The notes beneath the pieces were generated by a model that saw only the letters and a program-made list of their open reading frames with translations, ran no database searches and had not been told where the DNA came from. 64,000 nucleotides of DNA from Octopus vulgaris (taxonomy: Eukaryota). Numbering within the stretch: position 1 is the stretch's first letter; every line of letters starts with the position of its first letter. Shown piece after piece: positions 62,210 through 64,000 of this stretch. The stretch spans positions 225,556,001-225,620,000 of the forward strand of contig OX597814.1 of NCBI GenBank assembly GCA_951406725.2. Reading direction: 5' to 3'. Both the position numbers and the translations under genes were made by a program.

Positions 62210-62553
62210 TGAAGGCGCATGGCTCAGTGGTTAGAGTGTCGAGCTTATGATCATGAGGTTGTGAGTTCGATTCCCGGACCGGGCTGAGTGTTGTGTTCTT
62301 GAGCAAGACACTTTATTTCCCGTTGCTTCAGTTCACTCAGCTGTAGAAGTGAGTTGTGACGTCACTGGTGCCAAGCTGTACCGGCCCCTTTGCCTTTCCC
62401 TTGGATAATATCAGTGGTGTGGAGAGGGGAGGATGGTATGCATAGGCGACTGCTGGTCTTCCATAAACAACCTTGCCTGGACTTGTGCCTTGGAGGGTAA
62501 CTTTGCAGGTGCAATCCCATGGTCATTTATGGCTGAAGGGGGTCTCCTCTCTC
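62210..62553 (+). mobile_element. Full-length family-B SINE with 14-bp TSD
   Basis: TSD TCTACAATGAATTG at 62196-62209 and 62554-62567. Confidence 0.93.
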
Positions 62554-63309
62554 TCTACAATGAATTGCAGATGGAAATCCATTGGACAAAGTTAGTCTCA
62601 TTCGATTGACTTGCGACCCAAACATTGTGCATGCTGCCGGAACTGAGTTGTTGCAGATAGTTTACAATGTCACAATTTGGAGGTTTGAGGAATATCTACG
62701 ATCATCCTGGTCATAGAACAGGTGTTGGTGTTACCATCAATCTCAGCTGACCGGCCAGAGCGAGGTGCATCATAAACAGGAGGATTTCCTGATTGAAATC
62801 TTGAAGGTAATGTTGACAAGGAAAGGAGATGAGAAGCTGAAATGAGATCAAGACAGTAGCAGAAAACAGAGCTGGCTGGGGATACAGGTCGTATGATGGC
62901 TTTACTTGCCTCATTGCACAGACAGAACTAACTGATTAACTAGACTCATAAAAGCACAACATGATCAAGCCCTAGTCAAAAGGCATATCTCTATATGTAA
63001 AGAACTTTAAAAACCAATGAAAGCAGAAAATGTAGACTTTGTGATCAGTATGAAGAAAGAACACATCCCAGCCACTATCATCATGTTTCTGCTCCACTAA
63101 TGAATCTTGTTTGGGTTGTGGTAGCGGAGCTTGCATATCCCTACGATCCAAAGAGCTGGCAAAAATTCTGTTCCTTGCAGGTCTGAAATCTGGGATTAGA
63201 CTAAATGAGAATCACCATCAGAAAACTCGTGAAGCAACATGGCAAATGTAAAATTTTGCCAGAGGAATCAATTAGAAGTAACGATCAATGATACAGATAT
63301 AATGGGTTG

Positions 63310-63725
63310 TACTGAGTTGGTGAAAAGGTCCGTTCGATTTTTATTGACACTCAACTTCTGATACACAAATAAGAAGCTAGCTTCAGTTTGTTCCCTGTGC
63401 ATGCACACTCGTTAAATATTTGACACTTCAATGTAGTTCAACACGAACTTGTGATGAGACAGGTTGTATTTTGTGTGCTTGGGATCACCTTGAAAATGGA
63501 ACACCAAAATGAGCATCATGGACGTCATGCTCTTTTTTAAAAAAAAAGAAAGGCAAGAAAGCAGCAGAAACCTGCTGGAAGACATATGGTGTGTAGGGAA
63601 TGGATGTTGCTATGGAACTTGTGTACCAAAAGTGGTTTTCAAGATTTCGATCAGGAAATTCTCTCGTTTGTGATGCACCCTACTCTGGCCGGTCAGCTGA
63701 GATTAACAGTGACAACAACACCTGT
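63310..63725 (+). mobile_element. Mariner transposase N-terminal (HTH) fragment; related piece at 62715-62810 (-)
   Basis: KKGKKAAETC..YG..QKWFSRFRSGN..DAPYSGRSAEI. Confidence 0.7.
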
Positions 63726-64000
63726 AATATACACCTTTTCCTTTCAACTCATGCTAACCTTTACAGATGTTGTTTACCTCACTGTCTTCCATTTTCCATA
63801 TCTCTTACCCCATACACTCTTGCAAACCCATACCCACTACTATTCACCTCATACCCTGAGGTTCCACTGAGTCATCTCATCATCACAATTTATCTCTGGA
63901 GAAACCACCATTTTATTCTCATTCTCTCCCCTAAATGTGAGTAGCCATGTACCTCCTCTACAAGAACCAGCCTCTTCTCTCATACATTAAACCCCATCTG

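Overview
Repeat-dominated, AT-rich animal DNA, probably intronic or intergenic. An octopus/cephalopod origin is inferred from the dense (TA)n/(CA)n/(GATA)n tracts and the recurrent tRNA-derived SINE families. No multi-exon host gene is recognisable; one candidate first coding exon lies at 51974-52170 (-). Mobile content: two nested Tx1/L1-clade LINEs with a CR1-like insert; an ORF1-only (HAL1-like) element with a 15-bp TSD; a near-intact two-ORF Penelope-like element (PLE); several PLE, RTE, Gypsy and mariner fragments; a Tc1; a mini-Helitron; hAT MITEs; a young non-coding LTR element with a tRNA-Trp PBS; a solo LTR; and many SINEs. The most notable layer is RNA structure. I read ten type-I hammerhead ribozyme motifs from about seven families, five carrying the compensatory U3-A8 core. 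One non-coding, highly self-complementary 484-nt hammerhead unit is integrated in two circular permutations (retrozyme-like, possibly a circular RNA). The PLE ORF1 and RT-EN ORF overlap across a U-UUU-UUA -1 slippery heptamer. All calls are read by eye and none has been tested computationally.
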